From: Acidobacteriota bacterium
Lineage (GTDB): Bacteria > Acidobacteriota > Vicinamibacteria > Vicinamibacterales > 2-12-FULL-66-21
Assembly: GCA_046732715.1 (NCBI GenBank)
Contig: JBKPNQ010000004.1
Coordinates: 4,150 to 68,149 of the forward strand
Direction: 5' to 3'
Length of the DNA: 64,000 bases
A program made the translations under genes and the position numbers. Every line of letters starts with the position of its first letter. Within the stretch, counting starts at the first letter, position 1. This document shows positions 29,764 through 40,200 of this stretch, piece by piece. Under the pieces are notes generated by a model. The model made no database searches and was not told the DNA's origin. It saw only the letters and a program-made list of their open reading frames with translations.

Positions 29764-31302
29764 TCAGGGGGTTCTTCTGGCTTCTGCGAATCCTGCGATC
29801 ACGATGCGTTCATCCGTTGAGTCTCCACAGAACCGTTCCGATCCCCAGTCCGCAGTGTATTCCCAGCACGCCCACGGAGTGCTGTTCGAGGTGGTTTCCG
29901 CGGTCCGTAGCGACACGGTTAACGGTCCTTGATAGATTGCGTCGGGGGATGTCAGCGTCACATCAATGCTGTAGGTCGATCCCCACTGTGCCGGCGTACC
30001 GCTGCGGGAACCACCTGCATCATTCCACGAATAGGATGAATCGGTAGTGACGGTCCCATCCGCCGAACGGTGCCACTGGAGGTCATACCCAATCGAGAAG
30101 TAGGTCACCTCACCGGTCAGATTCGCATACATCAGCGTCGTCAGTGGACCGTCAGGACCGCCACTTTGGCAGATGAACAGCCACACCGATGGTTCGGTGC
30201 CGGCCTGCCTGGAACCGCAGCCGTTCGGTCCGCTCACGATCTGGTCGAAATAAAACGAATGAACGACCGCGCCCGCGGTTGATTCGGTCACCGACAGCTG
30301 TGTGGCGTCGAAGTCGAAATGCTGTCTCACCTCGGCGTAGTAGTCGACGACCTGCGTCAATTGAGTCACGAGGCTGTGCTCTTCATAATCGCGGCCGTAG
30401 ACGATGGAGCCGTCGCTGCGGGTCGACCAGTCCTGAATATTCGCTCCCAGCCGCGTCGCCTCGGAACCAGCCCTCAATTCGTAATAATCGAATGGTTCGA
30501 TGGCCCGAACGACGATGGACGTCGTCGCGGCGTTGTTCCCGCCGTCGTAATCCGACGGAACGACGTTCGCCAGCTGGACCGACACAGACTTTGTCCCGGG
30601 CGTCTCGAACGTGTGCGTGAAAGCGCAGCTCACCAGTCCGCCGGCATCGACCCAGATTCCATCAGCCCGGTCCGCTTCAATCCCATCGACCGACAGAACG
30701 CACGATGCGCGCGCTCCGACGTCCTGATTGATCTCCGCGATTGTTGCGGAGATGACAACCGGTGTGCCCGGCACCGCCTTTGACGGCGCCGAGATGCGCT
30801 GGACGAACAGGTCGGGTCTCAGTTTCACCTTGGATGCGGCGGTTACGACATCGGTTCGTGTGCCGTCGACGTCAACGATATCCGCGACGACCTCCAACGC
30901 CTGGCCGCGCGGGAGACCGGTATACGTGAAGGCGAGATACCCTCCGTTGCCCTCGAGATTCGGATATTCCTTCACCATCTGTCGACGACCGCGCGCGTCG
31001 GTCGTGGCAATCTGGGCGCGCGAAATGTTGCCGGACCGGGCATCGTTCGTGTCCAGGTCCCCGCTTGCCAGTTCCACGTCGGTCTCACCGGTTTTTCGCT
31101 GGAGCGCTCGCGTCGTCAGTGTGGCGTTCCCGGATCGTCCTCTAGCGACCGGCGGCTTGCTAACGCGATACGGCGTCGCGTTAGAGATGCGCTCGGGACC
31201 ATTGGCGCGGGCATCGCGCACGACGGCACCGAGTCCGATGCTGCCAATGCAAACGATTCGCAACGACAGTCCGACGATGACGGTTTTGTGAGAGATAGGC
31301 AA
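29764..31302 (-). CDS. Secreted hypothetical protein with CARDB/Ig-like domain
   Basis: TTG start with GGAG RBS and signal-like segment; RPDLFV..ISAP, VISATIAEIN, HTFETPGT, DYDGGNN. Confidence 0.65.
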   Translation of the reverse strand: MPISHKTVIVGLSLRIVCIGSIGLGAVVRDARANGPERISNATPYRVSKPPVARGRSGNATLTTRALQRKTGETDVELASGDLDTNDARSGNISRAQIATTDARGRRQMVKEYPNLEGNGGYLAFTYTGLPRGQALEVVADIVDVDGTRTDVVTAASKVKLRPDLFVQRISAPSKAVPGTPVVISATIAEINQDVGARASCVLSVDGIEADRADGIWVDAGGLVSCAFTHTFETPGTKSVSVQLANVVPSDYDGGNNAATTSIVVRAIEPFDYYELRAGSEATRLGANIQDWSTRSDGSIVYGRDYEEHSLVTQLTQVVDYYAEVRQHFDFDATQLSVTESTAGAVVHSFYFDQIVSGPNGCGSRQAGTEPSVWLFICQSGGPDGPLTTLMYANLTGEVTYFSIGYDLQWHRSADGTVTTDSSYSWNDAGGSRSGTPAQWGSTYSIDVTLTSPDAIYQGPLTVSLRTAETTSNSTPWACWEYTADWGSERFCGDSTDERIVIAGFAEARRTP

Positions 31303-31370
31303 GAATTGGTTCTCCCGTCGCCGCAACGGACGGCAGACTCGACACCGACCGTCGGCGACGGCGAGCGGCC

Positions 31371-31387
31371 AGCGATAAATGTGCCAA
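31371..31387 (-). promoter_or_regulatory. sigma54 (-24/-12) promoter of the CARDB gene
   Basis: Minus strand TTGGCACATTTATCGCT, GG-N10-GC spacing, about 70 nt upstream of TTG 31302. Confidence 0.6.
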
Positions 31388-31509
31388 ACGATCGGTCTGC
31401 TGACGCTTGCGGGTGAGAAGGTGTGTGCGGAACTGGCGTCAGCGTTCCGCACACCGGCGGGTCGACGTTTTCTCGCGCGACTCTTTGTCACCGCCCGCGG
31501 GCGGCAACC

Positions 31510-33078
31510 TTACTGCTTCAACACCCTCAGGAAGAACTCCAGTTTCGACGGTTCCGCAACGCTCATCGCTCCCATCTGCGCTCCGAGCTCCATCGTCTTG
31601 TGTGCGGTTGAGTTGTAGGTCGGCCACGTTGACAGCCCCGCGCCGTTCGGATCTCCCGTTGCGGCGAAGTTGACCCAGTACGACGACATGGCGTCGGATA
31701 CTTTCTTGTCCACCGGCTCCCACGGACGATCGAGTTTTGAGATGGTCTGAAAGACGTAAGGCACTTCGGACGTGTGGAACGCGCCGAACTCGGGATGCGC
31801 CGGCCAGGGCAGCACGCGGTTGAAGTAGTAGGTGTAGACCCGCTTGCTGGCTTTCTCCTGCTCGGCCGCCCACAGATCCATCGATACGCGGGCACGATCG
31901 CGGCCCGCCGTCTTCTGAGCAGCGGTCACATCGGCGTCCGCTTTCGCCGGATACAACTTCAGGAAGTCCCCGGCTTGATCACCATAGGCTTGTTGCGCCG
32001 AACTTTCATACGACGCAATCGACGGTGTCGCGGCACCACCGCGACCACCGCCACCAACACCGATGTCGTCGGCGACGAACCCCAGCATCAGCGGCACCTG
32101 TTCGGCCGGATCCGTGGCGGGCAGTACCCATCCGTCTTTGAATGGGCCGTTGGGGGCCGCGACGCCACCGCGCCCGCCAGTCGAGGTGAAGAACGTCGCC
32201 GGCGGCAGCGCGCGCAATTCAGCAAGGGAATGCGCCCCTTTCGACTCCGCGTAGCGCGTCCCCGCGGCCTCTCGATCGGCGAGCGTTGCGGTAGCGCCGA
32301 GAGCGTTTGACGGCAGGAGTCCCGGGCCGCTCTGCGCGATGGCCCGAACGAACAGCCCCTTCGCAAGCGGCGAGCGCATCAGATCGATGACGGAGATCGC
32401 GCCGGCAGACTGCCCAAAAATCGTGACCTTCGCTGGATCGCCGCCGAAGGCGACGATGTTCTTCTTCACCCATTGCAGCGCAGCGATCTGATCGAGCAGC
32501 CCATAGTTGCCGGAGACGTGTTGTTCGGACTCCTTCGACAGCTCCGGATGCACCAGGAAGCCAATGGGGCCGACGCGATAATTCACGCTGACCAGGACGA
32601 CGCCCTTCTTTGCCAGCTCGGTGCCGTCGTACACCGCGACGGAGCTCGACCCTTCGTTGAATCCGCCGCCGTAGATCCAGAACATCACCGGAAGCCTCGC
32701 GGTCTCGGCCTGTGCCGGCGTCCACACGTTGAGGAAGAGGCAGTCCTCGCCGATGGGGCCCTGCGTCATGAACTCCTCGGTCCACGGAAGCCGCGAGCCG
32801 GCCTGGTTCTGCATGCAGCTTGTGCCGAAATGGTCGGCCTTGCGCACGCCGTCCCAATGCGCGACCGGTTGAGGCGCCCGCCAGCGAAAATCGCCGACTG
32901 GCGGTCCGGCATATGGAATGCCGAGATATGCCGTTACCCCGCCGGACGCCGACGTGCCTGAGAGCGTGCCGGCATCGGTCTTCACAGTGCCCAGATCGGC
33001 GCGGAGTGTCAGGGCGGTCGTGGCGAGAGTCGTCACGCATAGGGTTGCTCTCAGCCAGGAATACTGTTCTCTCGTCAT
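31510..33078 (-). CDS. Type-B carboxylesterase (p-nitrobenzyl esterase-like), secreted
   Basis: YLGIPYA.PP, EDCLFLNVW, WIYGGG, GNYGLLDQ, GQSAG, GAFHTSE; GAGG RBS. Confidence 0.95.
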   Translation of the reverse strand: MTREQYSWLRATLCVTTLATTALTLRADLGTVKTDAGTLSGTSASGGVTAYLGIPYAGPPVGDFRWRAPQPVAHWDGVRKADHFGTSCMQNQAGSRLPWTEEFMTQGPIGEDCLFLNVWTPAQAETARLPVMFWIYGGGFNEGSSSVAVYDGTELAKKGVVLVSVNYRVGPIGFLVHPELSKESEQHVSGNYGLLDQIAALQWVKKNIVAFGGDPAKVTIFGQSAGAISVIDLMRSPLAKGLFVRAIAQSGPGLLPSNALGATATLADREAAGTRYAESKGAHSLAELRALPPATFFTSTGGRGGVAAPNGPFKDGWVLPATDPAEQVPLMLGFVADDIGVGGGGRGGAATPSIASYESSAQQAYGDQAGDFLKLYPAKADADVTAAQKTAGRDRARVSMDLWAAEQEKASKRVYTYYFNRVLPWPAHPEFGAFHTSEVPYVFQTISKLDRPWEPVDKKVSDAMSSYWVNFAATGDPNGAGLSTWPTYNSTAHKTMELGAQMGAMSVAEPSKLEFFLRVLKQ

Positions 33079-33168
33079 GTTGTCGATTCCTCGTTGTCGG
33101 GGTCCGGGGCCCCTCGGCCTCAGCAGCATAGACGACAACGGGCACGAACGCATTACACTCAACGGCTC

Positions 33169-33183
33169 TGGCACAGCTCCTGC
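33169..33183 (+). promoter_or_regulatory. Possible sigma54 site upstream of or within the APC remnant
   Basis: TGGCACAGCTCCTGC (GG-N10-GC); could be chance inside an eroded coding region. Confidence 0.3.
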
Positions 33184-33189
33184 GCCCGT

Positions 33190-33370
33190 CACACGCGCTA
33201 ACGCCATCGCCATGGTCGCTGGAACGATCATCGGGGCGTCGATCTTCGTGCAACCGTCTGAGATTGCCTGTCATCTGGAAACGCCTGCGCAAATCATGGT
33301 CGTCTGGGCCGCCTGTGGTCTCCTGACGCTCGCGCCGGTCTACTACTATGTGCGCTATGCGAATCGTTGA
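33190..33370 (+). pseudogene. Amino acid permease (APC) remnant with large internal deletion
   Basis: NAIAMVAGTIIGASIFVQPSEI..VVWAACGLLTL (TM1-TM2) joined directly to a C-terminal-like APVYYY then stop; start approximate. Confidence 0.75.
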
Positions 33371-33818
33371 TTTCCACAATCACTACTGGCTGATGCCGCT
33401 CGTGGGATTCCTGATGGACACGACCCTCGCGGCCGCGAAGCTCGTCTTTACCGGCGTCGTCGCGCAGTGCTCGCGAATCCGCTGGGTGCTGACGCATATG
33501 GGAGGCGCGATTCCGTATCTGGCTGAACGGCTCGACCGCGGCTATCGAGCGTTCGCGGACTGCCGTCAGCACATCGATCGGCCGCCGTCCGAGTATCTAC
33601 GCCAGTTCTATTACGACACGGTCAACTTCAATCCCGCGGCTGTCCGGCTGGCCCTGGACTTCGCCGGGCCGGACAGGATACTTGCTGGTAGCGACTATCC
33701 CCATCAGATCGGCAGCATCCCTCTGATGATCGAGACGATTCGCGGGCTGGACGTCAGCGACGATGTGCGCCGAAGAATCTTTGGCGGGAATGCAGCGGCC
33801 CTGCTTGGCTTGTCGTAA
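33357..33818 (+). pseudogene. Amidohydrolase_2 (ACMSD-like) remnant with in-frame internal deletion
   Basis: MRIVDFHNHY fused to WLMPLVGFLMDTT..LTHMGGAIPY..YYDT..GSDYPH; only 153 aa, N-terminal half of the barrel missing. Confidence 0.8.
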
Positions 33819-33828
33819 GAACCGTTGT

Positions 33829-33847
33829 CCGGGATCCGCGATCCCGG
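33829..33847. terminator. 8-bp hairpin after the amidohydrolase remnant
   Basis: ccgggatc-cgc-gatcccgg. Confidence 0.35.
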
Positions 33848-33953
33848 TTGTCGCGATTTGTGACAAAACGATGGCCGCTCAGCTGCCAAAAACCGAAGCG
33901 GTCGAATAAACTAGACCCGTTTTTGAGGCCCCCGTCCGCAAGGAGTGAACTTG

Positions 33954-36900
33954 ATGTCACGCTTTTTCCGTTCCGCGTTGACGGCGGTCGTCATCGCGAG
34001 TTTCGCATCGTTGCTCATCGCCCATGTGACGGCGATCTCGGATGATGGACAGGCTGCACCCCAGCCTGGGAGCACGCCGCCGGCCGCGCCGGCGCAGCCC
34101 CCGACAGAGTTTGGCGGCCGATCGATGACCAGCGAGGCAACGGATTTCACGCCCAAGACGCCGTATGCAGCCCGAACGCCAGAGGAAGAAGCCAAGGGCT
34201 TCATGTTGCCGACCGGGTACCGATTGGAACTCGTCGCCGCCGATCCGCAAGTCATTAGCCCCTCACTCATCGAGTTCGACGGCAACGGCCGTATGTATGT
34301 CGGCGAAATGATCAGCTACATGATGGACGCCGGCGCGAGCCGCGAACACGATCCGATCAGCCGCATCAGCCGCTGGGAAAGCACGAAGGGCGACGGCCAT
34401 TTCGACAAGCACACGGTATTCGTCGACAAGCTCGTCGCGCCGCGCATGATTCTCCCGCTTCAGGACGGCGTCATCCTGACGAGCGAAACCGACTCCGACG
34501 ATCTGGTGAAGTGGACCGACACCAATGGCGACGGTGTCGCGGACAAGCGTGAGGTGGTGTTTACCGGCCTAGGCCAGAGCGGCGACCCGAACATCGAGCA
34601 CCAGAAGGCCGGCCTGCTCTGGGCGATGGACAACTGGATCTACACGACCTATAACCCGTTCCGCATTCGCTGGACTCCCGCCGGCTTCCTTCGCGAACCG
34701 ACCGGCGCCAACGGCGGCCAGTGGGGCCTTGCCTCGGACGATGACGGCAAGCCGTGGTTCGTGGATGCCGGTGGCGAGCGCGGCCCGATGAATTTCCAGT
34801 TCCCGATCCATTACGGATCGTACACTCCATGTCCGGCCGCGGGGCGCGGCGGGCGTGCAGGTGCTCCTGCAGCGCCGCCGCCAGCACCGAATCCGAACTG
34901 CCCACCGGGAATGGAAAACGGATTTGAAAAGGACTTCGCGACGGTCTGGCCAGCTCCCGGTATCGGCGATATGCAGGGCGGCCTCCCGCGCACGCGCATG
35001 CCGGCGCAGAACCTGAATCATTTCACGGCGGCGACTGGCCCTGCGATCGTTCGCGGCGATCGAGTGCCGGAAGACCTCAAGGGCGATCTTCTATTCACCG
35101 AGCCTGTGGGGCGACTGATCCGGCGCGCCGCGATCGACAACATCGAAGGATTGACGCAGCTGCGCAACGTGTACCCGCAATCGGAATTCATCACGAGCGC
35201 CGATCAGCTGTTCCGTCCGGTCAACATCAGCAACGCACCGGATGGCACCGTCTACATCGCCGACATGTATCACGGGATCATCCAGGAGCTGCAGTGGTCG
35301 GGTCCCGGCTCGTACCTGCGTGCGAAGATCGAGCAGTATCAGCTCGACAAGGTCGCGCAGCACGGACGCATCTGGCGGTTGCGTTACGACGGCCGCCCAG
35401 CCGTGGCCGCCACTGCCACGAATATCGGTCAGCCGGCGATTGCGGCGATCACGCCCAACTTCGCGCCGCCCCGGATGTACAGCGAGACGCCGTCGCAACT
35501 CGTCGCGCATCTGTCGAACCCGAACGGCTGGTGGCGCGACATGGCGCAGCGGCTGCTCATCCTGAAGCAGGACAAATCAGTTGTGCCCGCGCTGGAGCAG
35601 ACGGTTCGATCGTCGGACAACATCCTCGCGCGCTTCCACGCGCTGTGGACGCTCGAGGGGCTCGGGGCCCTCAACCCGGCTCTGGTTCGTTCGGCGATGG
35701 AGGACAAGAATCCGCGGATGCGCATCCAGGCGATCCGGGCGAGCGAAACGCTCTACAAGGCTGGCGATAAGAGTTTCGCCGGCGACTACCGGGCGCTCAC
35801 GAAGGATCCCGACACCAACGTCGTCATCCAGGCGATGCTGACGGCCAATCTCTTCAAGCTGCCCGACGCCGCGGATCTCGTGAAGGCGGCCCAGGCGGCG
35901 AACACGTCGAAGGGCGTGGCGCTCATCGGCGATCGCCTGCTCGCGCCGGCACCAGCGCTCGGTGGTGGTGGTGGACGACGCGGTGGACCGTTGAGCGCGG
36001 ACGAAGAGAAACGTCTGCAGCAGGGCAACGACGTCTTCGGCGCAGTGTGCTTTGCTTGTCACGGTTCGGACGGAGGCGGCGCGCCAATGGAAAACGCACC
36101 TGCGGGCACGATGCTGGCGCCGCCGCTTGCCGCGTCACCACGCGTGCAGGGCCATCGTGACTATGTGATCAAGGTGCTGTTGAAGGGACTGACAGGTCCG
36201 CTCGACGGCAAAACCTATCGCGATGTCATGGTGCCGATGGGGGGAACCGACGAGTGGATCGCCGGGATCGCGTCATACGTTCGCACGAGCTTTGGCAACA
36301 ACGGTGGTTTGGTGACGCCTGCCGATGTTGCGCGCGTCCGCGCGGAAGTGGCCGATCGAAAGAATCCGTGGACGGTCGCCGAGCTCGAAGCGACGATGCC
36401 GCGGCCGCTCGATGCACAACAGTGGAAGATGTCTGCGAGCCACGCAACCGACGCGGCGTCTGGCGCGGCGACGCTGCGCGGCTGGAGCACAGGGGTGCCG
36501 CAGGCATCAGGCATGTGGTTCTCGATCGAACTGCCGCAGCCCACAGTCGTCACCGAACTGCAGTTCGACTCAGCTTCTACAGGTGGCGGCGGTCGCGGAG
36601 GACGCGGTTTGGCGGCAGCGCCGCCTGCCGGAGCCCCTGGCCAAGCAACGCCAGCCGGCGCTGCGCCGACGACGGCTGCACCCGCGGCGCCAGCCGGTGC
36701 GGCACCGCCCGCAGGGCAACCTGCAGCGGCCGGCGCGGCGCAAGGTCAGCAGGGCCGCGGCGGCTTTGGTGGCGGCTTTGGTGGCGGACCCCAGGTCGTG
36801 GGATATCCGCGCGGCTACTCGGTTCAGGTCTCGACCGACGGCACGAACTGGAGCAAGCCGGTGGCTGAGGGAAAAGGCGAAGGATCGCGCACGACGATCT

Positions 36901-37019
36901 CGTTCGCTCCGACTCGTGCCAGGTTCATCAGGATTACGGAGACGGAGACGCCGACGGACCCGGCGCCGTGGTCGATTCGGGGGCTGCGGATCTACGAAGC
37001 CCCGGCGGCGAAGAAGTAG
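33954..37019 (+). CDS. PVC-type membrane-bound dehydrogenase-like protein: beta-propeller, HEAT repeats, cytochrome c, discoidin (F5/8 type C)
   Basis: LPTGYRLELVAADP, FDGNGRMYV.EM, DTNGDGVAD, FRPVN..APDG..YIADMY, HLSNPNGWWRD.AQRLL, CFACH, YSVQVSTDGTNW; AGGAG RBS. Confidence 0.88.
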   Translation: MSRFFRSALTAVVIASFASLLIAHVTAISDDGQAAPQPGSTPPAAPAQPPTEFGGRSMTSEATDFTPKTPYAARTPEEEAKGFMLPTGYRLELVAADPQVISPSLIEFDGNGRMYVGEMISYMMDAGASREHDPISRISRWESTKGDGHFDKHTVFVDKLVAPRMILPLQDGVILTSETDSDDLVKWTDTNGDGVADKREVVFTGLGQSGDPNIEHQKAGLLWAMDNWIYTTYNPFRIRWTPAGFLREPTGANGGQWGLASDDDGKPWFVDAGGERGPMNFQFPIHYGSYTPCPAAGRGGRAGAPAAPPPAPNPNCPPGMENGFEKDFATVWPAPGIGDMQGGLPRTRMPAQNLNHFTAATGPAIVRGDRVPEDLKGDLLFTEPVGRLIRRAAIDNIEGLTQLRNVYPQSEFITSADQLFRPVNISNAPDGTVYIADMYHGIIQELQWSGPGSYLRAKIEQYQLDKVAQHGRIWRLRYDGRPAVAATATNIGQPAIAAITPNFAPPRMYSETPSQLVAHLSNPNGWWRDMAQRLLILKQDKSVVPALEQTVRSSDNILARFHALWTLEGLGALNPALVRSAMEDKNPRMRIQAIRASETLYKAGDKSFAGDYRALTKDPDTNVVIQAMLTANLFKLPDAADLVKAAQAANTSKGVALIGDRLLAPAPALGGGGGRRGGPLSADEEKRLQQGNDVFGAVCFACHGSDGGGAPMENAPAGTMLAPPLAASPRVQGHRDYVIKVLLKGLTGPLDGKTYRDVMVPMGGTDEWIAGIASYVRTSFGNNGGLVTPADVARVRAEVADRKNPWTVAELEATMPRPLDAQQWKMSASHATDAASGAATLRGWSTGVPQASGMWFSIELPQPTVVTELQFDSASTGGGGRGGRGLAAAPPAGAPGQATPAGAAPTTAAPAAPAGAAPPAGQPAAAGAAQGQQGRGGFGGGFGGGPQVVGYPRGYSVQVSTDGTNWSKPVAEGKGEGSRTTISFAPTRARFIRITETETPTDPAPWSIRGLRIYEAPAAKK

Positions 37020-37256
37020 CCGGCGTTTTCTCACATCTCAATGGCCGGCTGAGGGACTCGTCCGCGGGCCGCAACTTTCGGTTTGCCCGTGGGCGGACAT
37101 CGCGGGGACGGGGATGCCGCTGCTTGCGAGCACCCCGCCCGCCGCCACTACTGCTCAGTAGCGTCTTCGGTCCGGATGGAGAACAAGTCGGAGGGCTACT
37201 CGACGGACGAGCTACACAAGGTTCTACTGGCCCGCAGAACCTGGGCCAACGTGATC

Positions 37257-40200
37257 CTACAGGAGCGTCCCCTTGAGGACGACCAGGGCGACCGAGAAAT
37301 AAATGATCAGCCCGGTCACATCGACGAGCGTGGCAACGAATGGCGCCGACGATGCCGCGGGATCGAATCCGAGCCGCTTCAAAAGAAACGGCAACAACGA
37401 TCCGCTCAGCGTGCCCCACAAGACGACTCCAATCAGAGAGACGCCCACGGTGATCGCCACCAACAACCAGTGCGCGCCGTAGATGTTCGAGAACGCCGAC
37501 CATACCGTGATTCGCAGGAACCCGATGCTGCCGAGGATCACACCGAGCGACAACCCGGCAAAGATTTCCCTCCGCATCACTTGCCACCAATCGCGGAGCG
37601 TCACCTCACCGAGGGCCAGTGCGCGGATGACGAGCGTCGAGGCCTGGGATCCAGAATTGCCGCCGCTCGAAATGATGAGCGGAACGAAGAGCGCAAGCAC
37701 GACCGCGCGCGAGATTTCTTTCTCGAAGGCTCCCATCGCCGTGGCCGTGAGCATTTCGCCGAGGAACAGCGCCGTCAGCCAGCCGGCGCGCTTCTGAATC
37801 ATCTGCCAGAAGCCGACCTGCATGTACGGTTCATCGAGCGCCTCGGATCCGCCGATTCGCTGAATCTCTCGCGTCGCGGTCGCTTCCGCGACGTCCAGTA
37901 CGTCGTCGATCGTTACGATGCCGATGAGCATGCCGGCGGTGTCGGTAACCGGCAGCGCCGACCGGTCGTACTGCCGGAACACACCGACAGCGGTTTCCTG
38001 GTCGTCCGTGGCTTTCAGCGCAACGAAACGGCGATCCATCAGATCGGCGACCTTGCGATCGACCGGCGCCAGCAGAAACTCTCGAATCCTCACGTCGTCG
38101 ATCAGCAAACCGGTTTCGTCGACCACATAAATGACGTTGAGCGTTTCGCTGTCGTGCCCGTGAGTTCGGACGTAATCGAGGACTTGCTGGATCGTCCACT
38201 GTTCGCGTACGGCCAGGTATTGCGGCGTCATCAGCCGCCCGACGGACTTCTCCGGGTAGCCGAGAAGCGACACGGCGACCGAGCGTTCGGCCGGGGTGAG
38301 CAGCGCCAGTAGTTCGCGAGTGACCTCCGCCGGGAGTTCTTCGAGGAACAACGTGCGATCGTCCGGCGCCATGTTATTGAGCAGCTCGGCGACCTCGCCC
38401 TGGGCCATCGTCTTGAGCAGGCCTTCCTTGGCTTCTTGCGACAGGTATTCAAAAACCGCGGCGGCGTCTTTGCGGGGCAACACGCGAAACACGATGACCT
38501 GATCTTCGAGGCTGAGCGAGGTCAGCAGCTCGGCGACGTCACCAGCGTGGCGATTGCGCAACACATCGCGGAGCCGGGCGTAGTCGCGACCGCGCAGCAT
38601 GGCCGCCAGTTCTTCGGCCGGCTGCGCGATCTCCCGGATCGCGGCAATAGCATGATCCCGTTCGGGACCGGACAGTTGCTGTTCCATTTGTCTCAACGCT
38701 GCTCTGACGACGTCGTGGTGATGCACGTGGGGACCGACAGCCTTGACGGCGTCGAGCCACAGGCGGTGAATCAGGTCGAGGTCGACCGATGTGAGGGACG
38801 GGGGATGCGCGCCGAGGTGGTACGAATCGGCGCGGCCACTGCGGTGGCAGATGACGAGTCGGACGTCGAGCGGCTCCGGTTTTTCAATCCGCTCCCAGGC
38901 TTCGCCAAGCAGTCTGGCTTGATCGGCGGCCGAGAGCGTGGCCGATTCACCGACGTACACGTCTGATGAACGGAGCCGGACGACGCTCGCGACGATCGCG
39001 TCGATCACATTCCGCGCCGGGACGATCATGAGGCGCACTGGACGGCCGATGCGCTCCGCCAGGGCGACCACGTCTGAGAGCAGCCGTCGCTCGTATGCAG
39101 TCGGTGTACTCTGTCCGACCGCGTCTTCGGAGACGTCGACGTCGATCAACCTCGCGGTCATCACGACCACGTCGCGATCGCCGCCGGCCTGAAGCGCGGC
39201 CACGACATGCGAGAGCGCATGCGGGTTGCGGACCGGCACCAGAATGTTTCCGGGGCGAGCGGCGATTTGATCGAGCGACAGTTCAACCGCCCGCAGCAGA
39301 TCCGACGTACCATCGTCGGCTTGAGCCTCGTCGGCGGGGGCGCGTCTCCTGCCGAGCGTGATCGACGCCGCGACGGCCATGATGAGGACGGCCGACGCAA
39401 TCGTTGCGATGTCGCCGGTGGCAATCATCGCGAACGCGCAGAGTCCGACAACCGCGGCCGCGGCGAGAAGCCCGAGCGGCACTTCTCGCTTCCGTGTTTG
39501 GACGCTCCCAGGAGTCTTGAACGGGGTGGCACCCTGCCGGGTTCGTCGAAGCCGTATCAACGCTGCGGCAGTGAGTACCACCAGCACTGCAATGGCAAAT
39601 CCGTACGCACGCGCCAGCCATCCGACCCGGCCAGCCGTCGCGACGATGATGAGGATCGTCGCGACGATGGTCATGTCGATGGCGCGCGCCGGTGTGCCGA
39701 AGCGGGCGTGCAGCGACGCCAGTCCCGATGGCAGCGTTCCATCGGTGGACGCTCGGTGCAGCATCTTCTCTGAGTCCCGCAGGGCGGTGTAGGCGGCGGG
39801 CACGACGACGAGCGTGGCGGCAGCTGCGACGCCCAGCGACATCAGGTATCGTAACCATCCTGCGCCGGCGAGGTGCTGCGCCAGACCGACCAGCGGTGCA
39901 TTGATCCAAAGGGACGGATCGGCGCCAGGGACCAGCAGCACGACGAGGAATGTGCTCGCCGTGGTCACGACGAGCGAGAAGATCACGGTCACGAAACCAG
40001 TGCGCCGGAGCGCGTCCACGCGCGGCGGAGGGAATTCATGGGCCGCACGGGCGAGGGCGTCGCCGCCACCGATGACCGGCAGCGTCAGGGCAATGCCAAG
40101 GGCGCACGTGACGATGAGATCGACGAGCCACCAGCCGGTATCGACCATCGACCGAGGCATCGACGCCAGCGCCGGGATGGGCGTCGAGGTTCCGCGGGCG

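Noticed and set aside
37083-37256. Protein-like stretch MENKSEGYSTDELHKVLLARRTWANV between convergent genes
   Set aside because: Runs into the antisense frame of mgtE; no RBS or family evidence
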